64,000 bases of DNA, taken from positions 64,001 through 128,000 of the forward strand of contig CBDEUK010000002.1 in the NCBI GenBank assembly GCA_965243205.1, written 5' to 3'. Under the pieces are notes generated by a model. It worked only from the letters and a program-made list of their open reading frames with translations, was not told the DNA's origin and did not search any database. This stretch comes from Gammaproteobacteria bacterium. Lineage in GTDB: Bacteria; Pseudomonadota; Gammaproteobacteria; Eutrophobiales; Eutrophobiaceae. Below, piece by piece: positions 27,300-37,070 of the stretch; positions within the stretch are counted from its first letter, which is position 1, and every line of letters begins with the position of its first letter. Made by a program: the position numbers and the translations under genes.

Positions 27300-27815
27300 A
27301 TGAGTGAAGAAATCAGAATTTATGTGGCAGACCTCGCAGCCTATAACAACGGCAAGTTACACGGCGTATGGATAGATGCGACCCAAGACATTAACGACAT
27401 TCAAGACCAGATTAACGCCATGCTGGCCGAAAGCCCCGAAGGCTTCGCGGAAGAATACGCCATTCACGACTACGAAGGGTTCGGTGGTTATTCTGTGAGC
27501 GAATACGAAGGTATTCAGTCATTGCATGAAATTGCCTGTTTCATTGAAGAGTATCCCGACCTTGCAGGGGAATTGCTGAGCCACTTTGGCGGACATCTTG
27601 AGGATGCCAGAAAGGCTATCGAAGAGAATTATTCCGGTTGCTACAAGTCCCTTGCGGACTATGCCGAGGAACTTACCGAAGGCACCAGCCAGATTCCTGA
27701 AAATCTCGCTTACTACATCGACTATGAGCGCATGGGGCGTGATATGGATTTAAGTGGGGATATTTACACCATCGAAACGGCCTATGAAGAAGTACACGTT
27801 TTCTGGAGTCATTGA
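27300..27815 (+). CDS. ardA: Antirestriction protein ArdA
   Basis: IYVADLAAYNNGKLHGVWID, EEYAIHDYEGF, YYIDYERMGRD; very acidic; AGGAG RBS. Confidence 0.93.
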   Translation: MSEEIRIYVADLAAYNNGKLHGVWIDATQDINDIQDQINAMLAESPEGFAEEYAIHDYEGFGGYSVSEYEGIQSLHEIACFIEEYPDLAGELLSHFGGHLEDARKAIEENYSGCYKSLADYAEELTEGTSQIPENLAYYIDYERMGRDMDLSGDIYTIETAYEEVHVFWSH

Positions 27816-27945
27816 TCGCTGAGAGTGATGCCGCCGGATCATCCGGCGGCAAATTTTCGTTTTCGTCCTGTTTCAGGGGAGGAAAAAATTTGCGCCGCCA
27901 AGCCTTGTTCCGGCTTGGCGGCCTGTCGCGGCTTACAGAGGCCGC

Positions 27946-29289
27946 TCAGAGTTCCGGCTCCATGTCTATATCGGGATCGTCCATGTCTAGATCGTTATCG
28001 AATTCCCGCTCGAACTCGCCGCGCTGATCGAATTCAAGGTCATGGAGCCAGTTTTTTTCAAGAGCTTCATTGCCCTTGGCCTGTTCCTGCAACGTGAATT
28101 GTGACAGATCGCGAAACAGGTCTTTGCGTTCCTTGTCCTGTTTTTCGCGTAGCAGGTTGATCTGCACTTGCAGGTTTTGACGTTGCGTAAGCTGTTTATG
28201 GATCAGTGCTTCGCGCTCTTTCTGATCGCGTTTGTGCGCCTGCCATGTTTCCTGCTCATTGCGCTTTCTGGTTTTCCAGTAGCGACCGTTGATCTTGTCC
28301 CATAATCCCTTGAAACCTTTGCGAACGCGGGAAGAACGCTTCAGTTCTTCGGCCTGCCAGCGTTCCTGTTGAGTGGCTTCCAGATTCGCACGCTCTTTTC
28401 GCTGCATCGTGACCATTTCCAGCTTTGCAGCCTTGAGCGGCTGCTTTGCCTTTCGGTGTTCACGGGCAAGGTCATCTGTATAGTTCCGAAAGAGTTTGCT
28501 AAGCCTGCCATGGATGTTGGTTTTGATGTCATCGACGGAAGGCAGGCTTTCAGCCTTTCCGAGACGCGCTTCCAGTGCTTTCTTTTTCTGACCAAGCTGG
28601 CGGGTCAGCGAATAGACCTCGCCATGCAGGTCAACGGCGACGTGGCCACGTTTTCCTTTCGCTAGATAGTAGCCTTGCTCTTGCAGAGCATTGGAAAAAC
28701 TCTGTTTGCTGTCCGATATCGCCCAGCTTTCCTGTAATTCGCGCTTGATGTCGGACGGCTTGCGGCCAATGCGTAAAGCCTGTTGCCATTCGGCGCGGGT
28801 GTAGTTAAGAGGGTTCTTGCGGCTTTTGTCCCGAAACCCGTCCGGCATCTGCCAGCCGTTTTCCAGATAGAGCGATTTGGCTATCTCGTTCAGCTTGATC
28901 TTGGGGTGCGAAATATTGATGGCCTTCATTTCCTCGGTATCAATCCGGCTCCAGACACAGTGAGCGTGACGGCGGCCTTCCTTCTCATGGAAAACGACAA
29001 CACGCGGCTGACCTTCCAGTCCGAGCTTCTTTTCAACCCGATCCAACGTGGTCTCGAACGTGTCGATGGAAACCCGCTCGTTCTGCGGAGGGTTCAGGCT
29101 CAGGGCATACATGAATTGCCTGCATTGCGTGCCCTTGGACAGGGCATAGGCTTCGTTCAGTGCCCCCAATACGTCAGAAGCAATAAACCCACGAACCTCG
29201 TGGACATTCACATGCTCGTTTTGCTCGCCGTTGAGCAGGTGTAGCGCCATTTGCCGCCCTCCGGCACGCTGGTTGCCTTTAAGGATCAT
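27946..29289 (-). CDS. Relaxase/mobilization nuclease (MOBP/VirD2-like)
   Basis: MILKGNQR N-terminus, LSLNPP, HUH motif FHEKEGRRHAHCVWSRID, coiled-coil C-terminus. Confidence 0.88.
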   Translation of the reverse strand: MILKGNQRAGGRQMALHLLNGEQNEHVNVHEVRGFIASDVLGALNEAYALSKGTQCRQFMYALSLNPPQNERVSIDTFETTLDRVEKKLGLEGQPRVVVFHEKEGRRHAHCVWSRIDTEEMKAINISHPKIKLNEIAKSLYLENGWQMPDGFRDKSRKNPLNYTRAEWQQALRIGRKPSDIKRELQESWAISDSKQSFSNALQEQGYYLAKGKRGHVAVDLHGEVYSLTRQLGQKKKALEARLGKAESLPSVDDIKTNIHGRLSKLFRNYTDDLAREHRKAKQPLKAAKLEMVTMQRKERANLEATQQERWQAEELKRSSRVRKGFKGLWDKINGRYWKTRKRNEQETWQAHKRDQKEREALIHKQLTQRQNLQVQINLLREKQDKERKDLFRDLSQFTLQEQAKGNEALEKNWLHDLEFDQRGEFEREFDNDLDMDDPDIDMEPEL

Positions 29290-29710
29290 CGCTCGACCCC
29301 TCGAATGGCTCTGGTGGCGGTTGCTGGCTTTGCGGCTTCAGCCCCATTCCTTCTATTAAGGTGTCGCGCATCCAGCGAATGGCCGCTACCGCATCATGCA
29401 GGCTTTGCAGCACTTCCTCGTTGACGGGCAGGGAGCCTGAGTTGGCCGCCTTTGCGAGCTGGTTGATGTTGCTGGCGATACGGGATTGCCCCAACGCGCC
29501 AAGCAGCTTGGCCAGCAACTTCTGATCCTGAATCCTTGGCTTGCGGGAAGGCGGTGGCCGGACGCCGTTTTGCAGTATCGCGTCCTTGATAAACTGCCCC
29601 AACGGCTGGCCATCGGCCAGTTTTGTCAATTCAGCACGTTCCTGTTCAGTCAGGCGAACCGAGAACGGCGCTGGATAGGTCTTCTTAGAGGGAGGACGCT
29701 TTCTAGCCAT
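29279..29710 (-). CDS. mobC: Relaxosome accessory protein MobC
   Basis: RHH N-terminus PFSVRLTEQERAEL and SRIASNINQLAKAAN motif; overlaps the relaxase start. Confidence 0.88.
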   Translation of the reverse strand: MARKRPPSKKTYPAPFSVRLTEQERAELTKLADGQPLGQFIKDAILQNGVRPPPSRKPRIQDQKLLAKLLGALGQSRIASNINQLAKAANSGSLPVNEEVLQSLHDAVAAIRWMRDTLIEGMGLKPQSQQPPPEPFEGSSDDP

Positions 29711-29865
29711 TTTTTCGCCCTCCCATTGATGCAGAAGGGGTTTTTCGGTTAGGATTCGCGCCCAGAACGGTGCGGGCTCCCTCTAAGCTAGACAGTAACG
29801 CACTAAGGGGTTGCGGCTTAGAGGCGATATCAAAGGCAGTGACTAACGGTAGATACCGTTGGCAG

Positions 29866-29882
29866 CCTGCCCCCGCTACCAA
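29866..29882 (+). repeat. 17-bp tRNA-Met 3'-end repeat (distal att of the island)
   Basis: CCTGCCCCCGCTACCAA, identical to 2476-2492 and 1399-1415; composition turns AT-rich right after it. Confidence 0.9.
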
Positions 29883-29962
29883 ATAAATCAACGACTTGTC
29901 TTCAGTTCTGAAACTTTCTGACAATATTGGCAATAAATTTTGTCATATTATTTATAAAATCA

Positions 29963-29990
29963 AATTGGCACCAAAAAGCTGATGCCAATT
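29963..29990. terminator. Hairpin, probable terminator
   Basis: AATTGGCA...TGCCAATT inverted repeat just beyond the stop of the large minus-strand gene. Confidence 0.45.
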
Positions 29991-30006
29991 ATTGTGATTA
30001 ATTTTC

Positions 30007-33000
30007 TCAATGACTTTCAAGTAATACTAATTCAATTAGGCCAATAGATAAATCAATGTAGATTTGATTATTATCGAGTGTTGTTGAGAGCGTGTGATTT
30101 CCAGCATTACCTAAAACTTGTTCAAATGCGCTATAACTTACACCTATAGCACCCATCGAAATAGTCTTATCAATAAGTTCTGCAGAAGGAGTACTTGGTT
30201 CCCATGTAAGTTGCCCTCCATGACTACTGGTAGCAAATCCTATTACCATACTATTATTGTGTGTAGTCGTAATCGTTTCGGAAATAAAGCCATTGGCATT
30301 ATTATCGATATTTTTGGTAGCAGTAGCTCCAATACTTGCAACACCTTCATAAACAAAACAATCCGTACTTAAATAACTTCCTGAATTAACTACGGATATG
30401 CTTAGTGAATTAATTCCTGAAATACCATTTAACGACATGCCATAAATATAGAGGTCATCTCCAGTACTGTTCCCTTGTTTAGGCTGTACATGTAATAGTT
30501 CTGACATAGTTTGCCCTGCATAAGTAACATTTCCTGTTATTGAGTTAGGAGCGGGGAATCCTATGCTGCATAACAAGTAGCCACCTGAACCAGGAGAGCC
30601 AACATCAAGATTTGATGTATTCGTTTGATTTGGATTATTAATAGTATTAAATACTGAGTCGCTGCTAATATGATTTACCAATGGTAGTAACTCTATCAGT
30701 CCAATGGATAAATCGAGAAAGCTTGCTTGGTCACTCAACGTTGCGGAGAGAGTGTAATCTGCAATATTAGAAGTGGCTTGGTCAAACATACCGTATGTAA
30801 CACCAGCACTTCCTATCCATATCGCATCTGAGATGCGTTCTTCAGAAGGATCTGCTGCAGTCCATGTTTGAGTATTACCACCTAATACGCCGTGACTGCT
30901 TGTAACATACCCTACAATCATACTATTTTCGCGTGTTGTAGTAATCGTGTCAGAAATTAAACCTGCATCAGTGTTATCCTTGTTACTTGTTACCGTTGCT
31001 CCAACTCCTGAAATACCTTCATAGACAAAACAATCTGTACCTAGGTAGTCTCCACTGGAAGTTAGTGGGACTGAAAGTGTATTAGAACCACTAACTCCAT
31101 CCAAGGTTATTCCATAAAGATAGACATCATCACCAGTTTGATTATTCTTTTTAGGCATAATGTGTAGTAATTCAGTCATTGCAGAACCTCCATAGGTTAC
31201 TTGCCCGACAATAGAATTAGGCGCAGGAAACACAATACTACAGAGTAAATACCCTCCCTGATTTGGAGTGCCAACGTTAAAGTTAGCTTGTGTGGTTGCA
31301 TTTGTAGTTGCAGTTGTGTCAATGACTGAACCGCTACTGATTAAGTCTGGTAGAGAAGGGTTATCTGGAAGTACAGAAATATTTAAGATTTGTTGGCCAA
31401 CATTACTACCATCAGATACTTGTACAATAACCTCGTAAATATTATCAGCGTTTTGGTCTAGTGGGTTTTCAAAATCAGGCAGAGTATTAAAAGAAAGTTG
31501 AGCAGAGTTACCTGCAGATGAATTAATAGCGAATAATGACTGATCAACTCCACCGCTAACGCTGAAAGATAATGTATCTTCTGGAATATCTGCATCGCTT
31601 GCTTGACAGGTTGTCACGTCGGATTGATTTTCAATAACAGAAAGTTCTATACCGCAATCTATAGTGGGAGAGTTATCATTCACAGGGGTGAGATTGATTG
31701 TTAGTGTTGCTGTATCAGTTGAATTTGTTTGTCCTTGTCCATCATCTGCCATCACATGTACGCTTAATTCTTGTAGTGTGCCTTGATTATTATCTGCATC
31801 GAGTAATGAACTATCTAGTATAGAAATCTCACCATTAGTACTATTTATCTGGAAAGCACCTTCTGGAGATTGGCTAGTTATAGAATAGTTAATCGAATTA
31901 GGGCTATTTATTGTTTCTGAATCAATATCTATGCCCGTAATATGATCATTAAAGTCAAACACAACGGTTCCATTGGCTTGTTCTTCATCAATCGATATTG
32001 TGCTATCTACAATAATCGGGCTTATGTTTGATACTGTTTGAATAGGACCAATGTAACCATCTGCAATAACGAGATCATCAAAATAAATATAGCCTTTTGC
32101 ATCGTTTGTATTTTGGAAGTTACCCATAAAAGAGAATGTACTGCTATCACCAAAGGTCATATTTTCTCTTACATATTCTGGAATATCGTCTTCTTCTCCC
32201 AGTTTATCAATATGAATTCTTTGAGCGCCATCGGTGCCTCCTAATGTAGATTCTCGAACCCGAACTTCTTCAATGTAATACCATGTGTCGTATTCGAGTA
32301 TAATGCCAGTTTTTCTTTCAGGTACTCCATTCGTTTCTTTCATTACAGTTGTGACCTCTAAATTACTCATTTGTATTTTAAGAGAACCTTCGTCATAGCC
32401 ATCAACTTTCCAATAACCAAGTTTGGTGGTTATGTTTGGATAAACTTGATTGCTAGAAGGTGATGGTAAGTAGAGATAAAAGCGACGAGATAATGTATCA
32501 CCTGGTTCAAATTGATTAGGAAAGTCATGGCCTGTGAAATAATTGATACAGGCGTTGCAATCACTCCTTTTTTCATTTGCATCACAAGTGTGAAATACAA
32601 GTACTTCATCATTTGAATCAAAATCACATTCTCCTCCCATGTCATTCTGAATAGGAACATCATTAATAAAATTTGCTATGTTAAAATTACTTCCTTCAAA
32701 TGATTCAACTTCCCACTTACAAAATTGATCATCTTTGTTATAAACAAAATCAACTGGGTTGTTGTTAGAGAATAATGTAAGTAGATTTGTATCAGTTTCT
32801 AACTGATTAGAATCGTCTCCACCAACATGAATCAAAGTATCTTGATATTTTTCTATTCCGTTTTCTTTAGTTGGTAAGCATTCATTGAAACGGTTATTTC
32901 TTCCATCAAACTGAAGTCTTAAACTGTAGTTACCATCATTAACAACAGTATTACTTCTTACCCACATATCTGCATCAGTATTGATGGAATTTTTTGAAAA

Positions 33001-34158
33001 CATAAATCCATCAGACCATTTCCAAAGTTTTGTTGGGTCTTGAGAATTAGGGTAGGGTGCTCCTAATAATTCAGTTTCATCTTCAAAATTTTCATTAACG
33101 AAACGTGTAGGTTCGACGAAATCATCCACATTACCAACTGGTATTGTAATTACGCCTTGATCATTTCCAGAAACTGAAGCGATATAGGTAATTTCAGTAA
33201 ACCGTTCATAATCAAACATAGCTGAATTATCGATTGTTACGACACCTGTATTTGGATTCATGCTTAAACAATTACATTCATCAAATATTTCTGTATAGGT
33301 ACCTACGTCGTTATCCAAATTGGCGTCGTTATAATCATAAATAAGAGTGGCATTAGGCATATGTTCATCGATACTATTTATATAAGCATCGTTAATCGTA
33401 TTGGTAGGTGCTTCAGCTATTTCATACATTACTAAACCTTTAGTGCCCTTGTTTCCTTCTGGGCCTCTATTTCTACACAGATATGAGTCAATAATAGATG
33501 TGTCTATCTGGTTTACGATATAAGAAAAGCCTGTAACGTTTCCTGCACCATTAATATTATCCTCATTCGCAAGGATAACATTGCCATCTCCTTCCATTGT
33601 CCATAAATTTGCATAGGTATTCGATTTAGTATCTGTACTACTACAATAAATAGTACTATTCGCTGTGGTTGTATTTATGCTTGATTCAATGACTGGATCA
33701 GTTCCTGTATTATTTTTTTGGCCAATCGAAGAAACTGCTCCAATATCACCAGCATCATTTAAAGTCATACACCACGCAGCTGCATTTCCATTTGTTGTTT
33801 GAAGATTAAAACTTAATTGGTTTGAACCTGTTGGAGGTGCATCTAATTTAAATACTTGTGTGTTGGGATTACTTTCTCCATAAGTATTATTCATACTAAT
33901 GATATTATCCATTGGAATGCCTGCATAAGTAACATCAGAAACCTGTTGCAGACCCGGTTCGAACATAATATGACAAATTAATTTTCTGTCATCTGCAATA
34001 ATCCCAGTATCGTATTGGCAGGTTTGTGGATTAGAACCAGCTGCGCTTGTTTCAAGACACTCAGCTGAGTTTTGAACTGATATTTGAGCAGAAACATTTA
34101 AACTAATTAAGAATATTAATGTGGATAAGATTTTATACATAGTAAATTCCTTGTTCAT
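30007..34158 (-). CDS. Large secreted/surface protein with cadherin-like domains, a central jelly-roll-like domain and three copies of an unknown repeat
   Basis: Signal peptide; cadherin-like motifs (FDYE, VNDNSP, DADIP, PDFENPLDQNADNIYEVIVQVSDG); repeat marked by VTY(A/G)GxxM at the N-terminus and twice at the C-terminus. Confidence 0.75.
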   Translation of the reverse strand: MNKEFTMYKILSTLIFLISLNVSAQISVQNSAECLETSAAGSNPQTCQYDTGIIADDRKLICHIMFEPGLQQVSDVTYAGIPMDNIISMNNTYGESNPNTQVFKLDAPPTGSNQLSFNLQTTNGNAAAWCMTLNDAGDIGAVSSIGQKNNTGTDPVIESSINTTTANSTIYCSSTDTKSNTYANLWTMEGDGNVILANEDNINGAGNVTGFSYIVNQIDTSIIDSYLCRNRGPEGNKGTKGLVMYEIAEAPTNTINDAYINSIDEHMPNATLIYDYNDANLDNDVGTYTEIFDECNCLSMNPNTGVVTIDNSAMFDYERFTEITYIASVSGNDQGVITIPVGNVDDFVEPTRFVNENFEDETELLGAPYPNSQDPTKLWKWSDGFMFSKNSINTDADMWVRSNTVVNDGNYSLRLQFDGRNNRFNECLPTKENGIEKYQDTLIHVGGDDSNQLETDTNLLTLFSNNNPVDFVYNKDDQFCKWEVESFEGSNFNIANFINDVPIQNDMGGECDFDSNDEVLVFHTCDANEKRSDCNACINYFTGHDFPNQFEPGDTLSRRFYLYLPSPSSNQVYPNITTKLGYWKVDGYDEGSLKIQMSNLEVTTVMKETNGVPERKTGIILEYDTWYYIEEVRVRESTLGGTDGAQRIHIDKLGEEDDIPEYVRENMTFGDSSTFSFMGNFQNTNDAKGYIYFDDLVIADGYIGPIQTVSNISPIIVDSTISIDEEQANGTVVFDFNDHITGIDIDSETINSPNSINYSITSQSPEGAFQINSTNGEISILDSSLLDADNNQGTLQELSVHVMADDGQGQTNSTDTATLTINLTPVNDNSPTIDCGIELSVIENQSDVTTCQASDADIPEDTLSFSVSGGVDQSLFAINSSAGNSAQLSFNTLPDFENPLDQNADNIYEVIVQVSDGSNVGQQILNISVLPDNPSLPDLISSGSVIDTTATTNATTQANFNVGTPNQGGYLLCSIVFPAPNSIVGQVTYGGSAMTELLHIMPKKNNQTGDDVYLYGITLDGVSGSNTLSVPLTSSGDYLGTDCFVYEGISGVGATVTSNKDNTDAGLISDTITTTRENSMIVGYVTSSHGVLGGNTQTWTAADPSEERISDAIWIGSAGVTYGMFDQATSNIADYTLSATLSDQASFLDLSIGLIELLPLVNHISSDSVFNTINNPNQTNTSNLDVGSPGSGGYLLCSIGFPAPNSITGNVTYAGQTMSELLHVQPKQGNSTGDDLYIYGMSLNGISGINSLSISVVNSGSYLSTDCFVYEGVASIGATATKNIDNNANGFISETITTTHNNSMVIGFATSSHGGQLTWEPSTPSAELIDKTISMGAIGVSYSAFEQVLGNAGNHTLSTTLDNNQIYIDLSIGLIELVLLESH

Positions 34159-34669
34159 GACGAGTGTAGGTTTAGAGAAAGGAAATTTGAGATTTGGAAT
34201 GAATGTGCACAGAGTATGTTTGATTTAATCGGGTGTTATGTCTATTAAAAAACATAGATGATGATATCTTGTTTATGTACACCATACTCTTAATTTCCCT
34301 AGAAAAAATCTGTACGAGAGTGTCGTTAATAATTCAATATAAATATTAAATTAAGATTACAAAAATATTAAATATGTAGTAACTTTTATTTAAAGTAATT
34401 TAAATAACTTTTTTATAATTTATCCTATGAATTTATCTTTTCTTTCGCAGTAATTTTTCCCCTAACTAAACCTCAAATATTAAGGGGATTATCACTATCA
34501 TATTCAGGAAAAATTCATAGCTTTATATTTTTTATATTCATTCAATGGATTTTTTGTAAATCAAATAAGGATACATTCCTGATAGGCTTATGAATCTTTC
34601 AAGCTTTTTCCATATCTCTTATCAACATAGATATTAAAACTTATAATTTTAAAAATGTTGTTATAAAAA

Positions 34670-35716
34670 TTGATTTATATGGATACTGCAATTTCAAAAA
34701 ACTTAATTGAAAAAAACGAACCGAATTCTGGCTTTCTTTATAAAGAGCGATTGTCGAATAAGGCTTATTTTGATTTGGCGATCGTTCTATTCATTAGTTT
34801 GGTTTTCCTATTATTTTCTATTGAATTCGATTTTTATGAAAAGGTATATATATGGAGTCGACAGTACGATCTTTTTGAAATTGATGAGTTATTGATCGCA
34901 ACGTTTATATTTTTTCCTGGTTTGATATGGTTCGCTATTCGTCGTTGGCAAGAAGCATCATTATCTTATAAAAAAAGTAATGAAGCTTTTCATGCATTAG
35001 AAAAAACACAAGTAAACTTGCAGAAGACGTTAAAGGAAAATCGTTCATTAGTAAAACGTTTAGATAAAATTCAAGAAGAAGAGCGTCAGAGAATTGCTGT
35101 GGATCTTCATGATATATTTGGACAGCATTTAACGGCTATTCATGCCAATGCATCAACTCTGCAGTTAAAACTGGATAAAAATGAAAATTTAAAAACATTA
35201 ACCAAACGAATTTCTTCTAGCTCTGAACAGCTGTCTCAGTTAACACGATTAATGTTCAATGAATTAAGACCGCCTGTTTTGGAAAATATTGGTTTAACTG
35301 CAGCATTAAAAAACTATATTTCAAATTGGTTAGAAAGCCATCATGAATATAAAGTGGAATTTAATTCTGAGGGCTGCGACAAAAATATACCTATATCTAA
35401 AGGCTTAATATTATATCGTGCTCTGCAAGAAGCTCTAACTAATATTATCAAACATTCTAATGCAAAAAATATTCAAGTTAGTATTAAACATGGAATTATG
35501 GAATCAAAAAATATTGATTCTTATACAGTTCTTGAGATTGTTGATGATGGAGTTGGGTTTGATAATGCATCACAAAATTTAGGGCTTGGTTTAATCGGAA
35601 TGCGAGAAAGAGTATTGAATTCTAATGGGGAATTTAAAATAGATTCTAAGAAAAAGATTGGTACACGCATATGGATGAAAATTCCAGAGAAATATCAGGG
35701 GGAATATGATGAATAA
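34670..35716 (+). CDS. Membrane sensor histidine kinase (HisKA_3, NarX/UhpB type)
   Basis: Two TM helices, EEERQRIAVDLHDIFGQ H-box, QEALTNIIKHS, DDGVGF, GLGLIGMRERV. Confidence 0.92.
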   Translation: MIYMDTAISKNLIEKNEPNSGFLYKERLSNKAYFDLAIVLFISLVFLLFSIEFDFYEKVYIWSRQYDLFEIDELLIATFIFFPGLIWFAIRRWQEASLSYKKSNEAFHALEKTQVNLQKTLKENRSLVKRLDKIQEEERQRIAVDLHDIFGQHLTAIHANASTLQLKLDKNENLKTLTKRISSSSEQLSQLTRLMFNELRPPVLENIGLTAALKNYISNWLESHHEYKVEFNSEGCDKNIPISKGLILYRALQEALTNIIKHSNAKNIQVSIKHGIMESKNIDSYTVLEIVDDGVGFDNASQNLGLGLIGMRERVLNSNGEFKIDSKKKIGTRIWMKIPEKYQGEYDE

Positions 35717-36398
35717 TACTATTTCAATTTTATTAATTGATGATCATCAGATTGTTTTAGAAGGTTATCGTAATTTATTTGAAGCAGAAGGATTCAATGT
35801 CGTTGCTACATGTGAAAATGCAATGGATGGTTTTGAAGCCTATAAACAATTTAACCCAGATGTGACATTGTTGGATATTTCAATGCCAGGGAAGAGTGGT
35901 CTAAATTGTATCGAAATGATTTTAGGCTTTAATAATAAGGCAAAAGTTATATTTTCAACCATGTATGATGATATTGAACTTGTTGTGCAAGCGATGAAAT
36001 TAGGTGCAAAGGGGTTTGTGACAAAAGTTAATCCTATTGAAACATTAACTTCAGCAATAAAAAAAGTTTATGAAGGTGGTTTTTATTTAAGCCCTAAACA
36101 TGCTCACTCTATTGCGATATTAAATGATGAGATTTCAAAATCTAATAATAATGGGCAAGATACTTTTAAAGTTTTAGATTCTCTTACTGAAAAAGAAATA
36201 ACAATTGTAAAATTAGTAGCTAGTGGAATGGAGACAAAAGAAATAGCTAAGGAAATTGGACTGTCATCAAACACAATAGCAAATTATCGTTCAAAGATTA
36301 TGTCTAAATTAAAAGTTAAGAACTCAAGAGAATTAACGGTTTTTGCAATTCAAAATGGACTTTCAGAATCTGGTGAAGAATTAATTGCCGCAATATAG
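35706..36398 (+). CDS. NarL/LuxR-family response regulator
   Basis: IDDH, LDISMPG, LuxR HTH. Confidence 0.93.
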   Translation: MMNNTISILLIDDHQIVLEGYRNLFEAEGFNVVATCENAMDGFEAYKQFNPDVTLLDISMPGKSGLNCIEMILGFNNKAKVIFSTMYDDIELVVQAMKLGAKGFVTKVNPIETLTSAIKKVYEGGFYLSPKHAHSIAILNDEISKSNNNGQDTFKVLDSLTEKEITIVKLVASGMETKEIAKEIGLSSNTIANYRSKIMSKLKVKNSRELTVFAIQNGLSESGEELIAAI

Positions 36399-36409
36399 AG
36401 ATAAAAAAT

Positions 36410-36850
36410 ATGAATTCTATCTATATACACATATTTAAAATAATTTCATTATCGATTTTATTAAGCCTAATAAACGTAGCTAATGCAAAAGGTAATTTAA
36501 TAGCGCGTTGTGAAAAATTAGATGGCCAAGTTTTAGGTGTTGATGATTCAGGGTTTGAAGTGAAAAATTCTGTTTATAAAATTGAAACAGGAAAATGCTA
36601 TAAGTTGACAATTCATTCTACTGGAAAACATGAATATATTTTAGAAGGTGCGGATTTTTTTTCTAATATCTTTATAAGGAAATTAGACATAGGAAAAATC
36701 GAATTGAAAATAAACAGTCTCCATTCAATCGACTTTGATGATGAAGTTTCAGCAAAGCTCTATTTCTTACCAGTAAAGCCTGGCAAATACACGATTTATG
36801 ATAAATATATGTCTGATAAAGGTACTCAATTTGTTTTTGAAATAGAGTGA
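36410..36850 (+). CDS. Periplasmic cupredoxin-fold-like protein
   Basis: Signal peptide; ETGKCYKLTI, FLPVKPGKYTIY strands; a type often found beside PQQ dehydrogenase genes. Confidence 0.6.
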   Translation: MNSIYIHIFKIISLSILLSLINVANAKGNLIARCEKLDGQVLGVDDSGFEVKNSVYKIETGKCYKLTIHSTGKHEYILEGADFFSNIFIRKLDIGKIELKINSLHSIDFDDEVSAKLYFLPVKPGKYTIYDKYMSDKGTQFVFEIE

Positions 36851-36996
36851 TTTAGGTAAATTTCCGAGTCATTCCTGGAATTTTTCTTATTAAATACAAG
36901 GAAGTTTATACCTATTATTAAAAACTCTGAGTGAAATAATATTAATGGCCCTAATATAACCTCACTCCTCTAGTATTATTTATATGAAAGGCTGTC

Positions 36997-37029
36997 TAAT
37001 GATGCCTCTCATCTAGAGAGGCATCATTA
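36997..37029. terminator. 14-bp perfect inverted repeat (terminator-like)
   Basis: TAATGATGCCTCTC-atcta-GAGAGGCATCATTA. Confidence 0.55.
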
Positions 37030-37070
37030 ACTATTAAACGTTATGAAATTCACTTATTAATCAAACCATA

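Larger units (their letters stand above)
2476..29882. mobile_element. ~27.4 kb integrative mobilizable element (serine recombinase, T4CP, relaxase/MobC, no VirB genes)
   Basis: 17-bp direct repeat CCTGCCCCCGCTACCAA at 2476-2492 and 29866-29882; visibly higher GC than flanks; mobility and defence gene content. Confidence 0.9.

Noticed and set aside
29711-29865. oriT call (hairpins CCTCTAAGC/GCTTAGAGG and AACGGTA/TACCGTT upstream of mobC)
   Set aside because: Position is plausible, but I cannot identify a nic site by eye, so it is not listed as a feature.
29703-29933. 76-aa ORF spanning the distal att as an independent gene
   Set aside because: It starts in host flank DNA without an RBS; only its island-internal part matters, as the predicted post-excision integrase tail.
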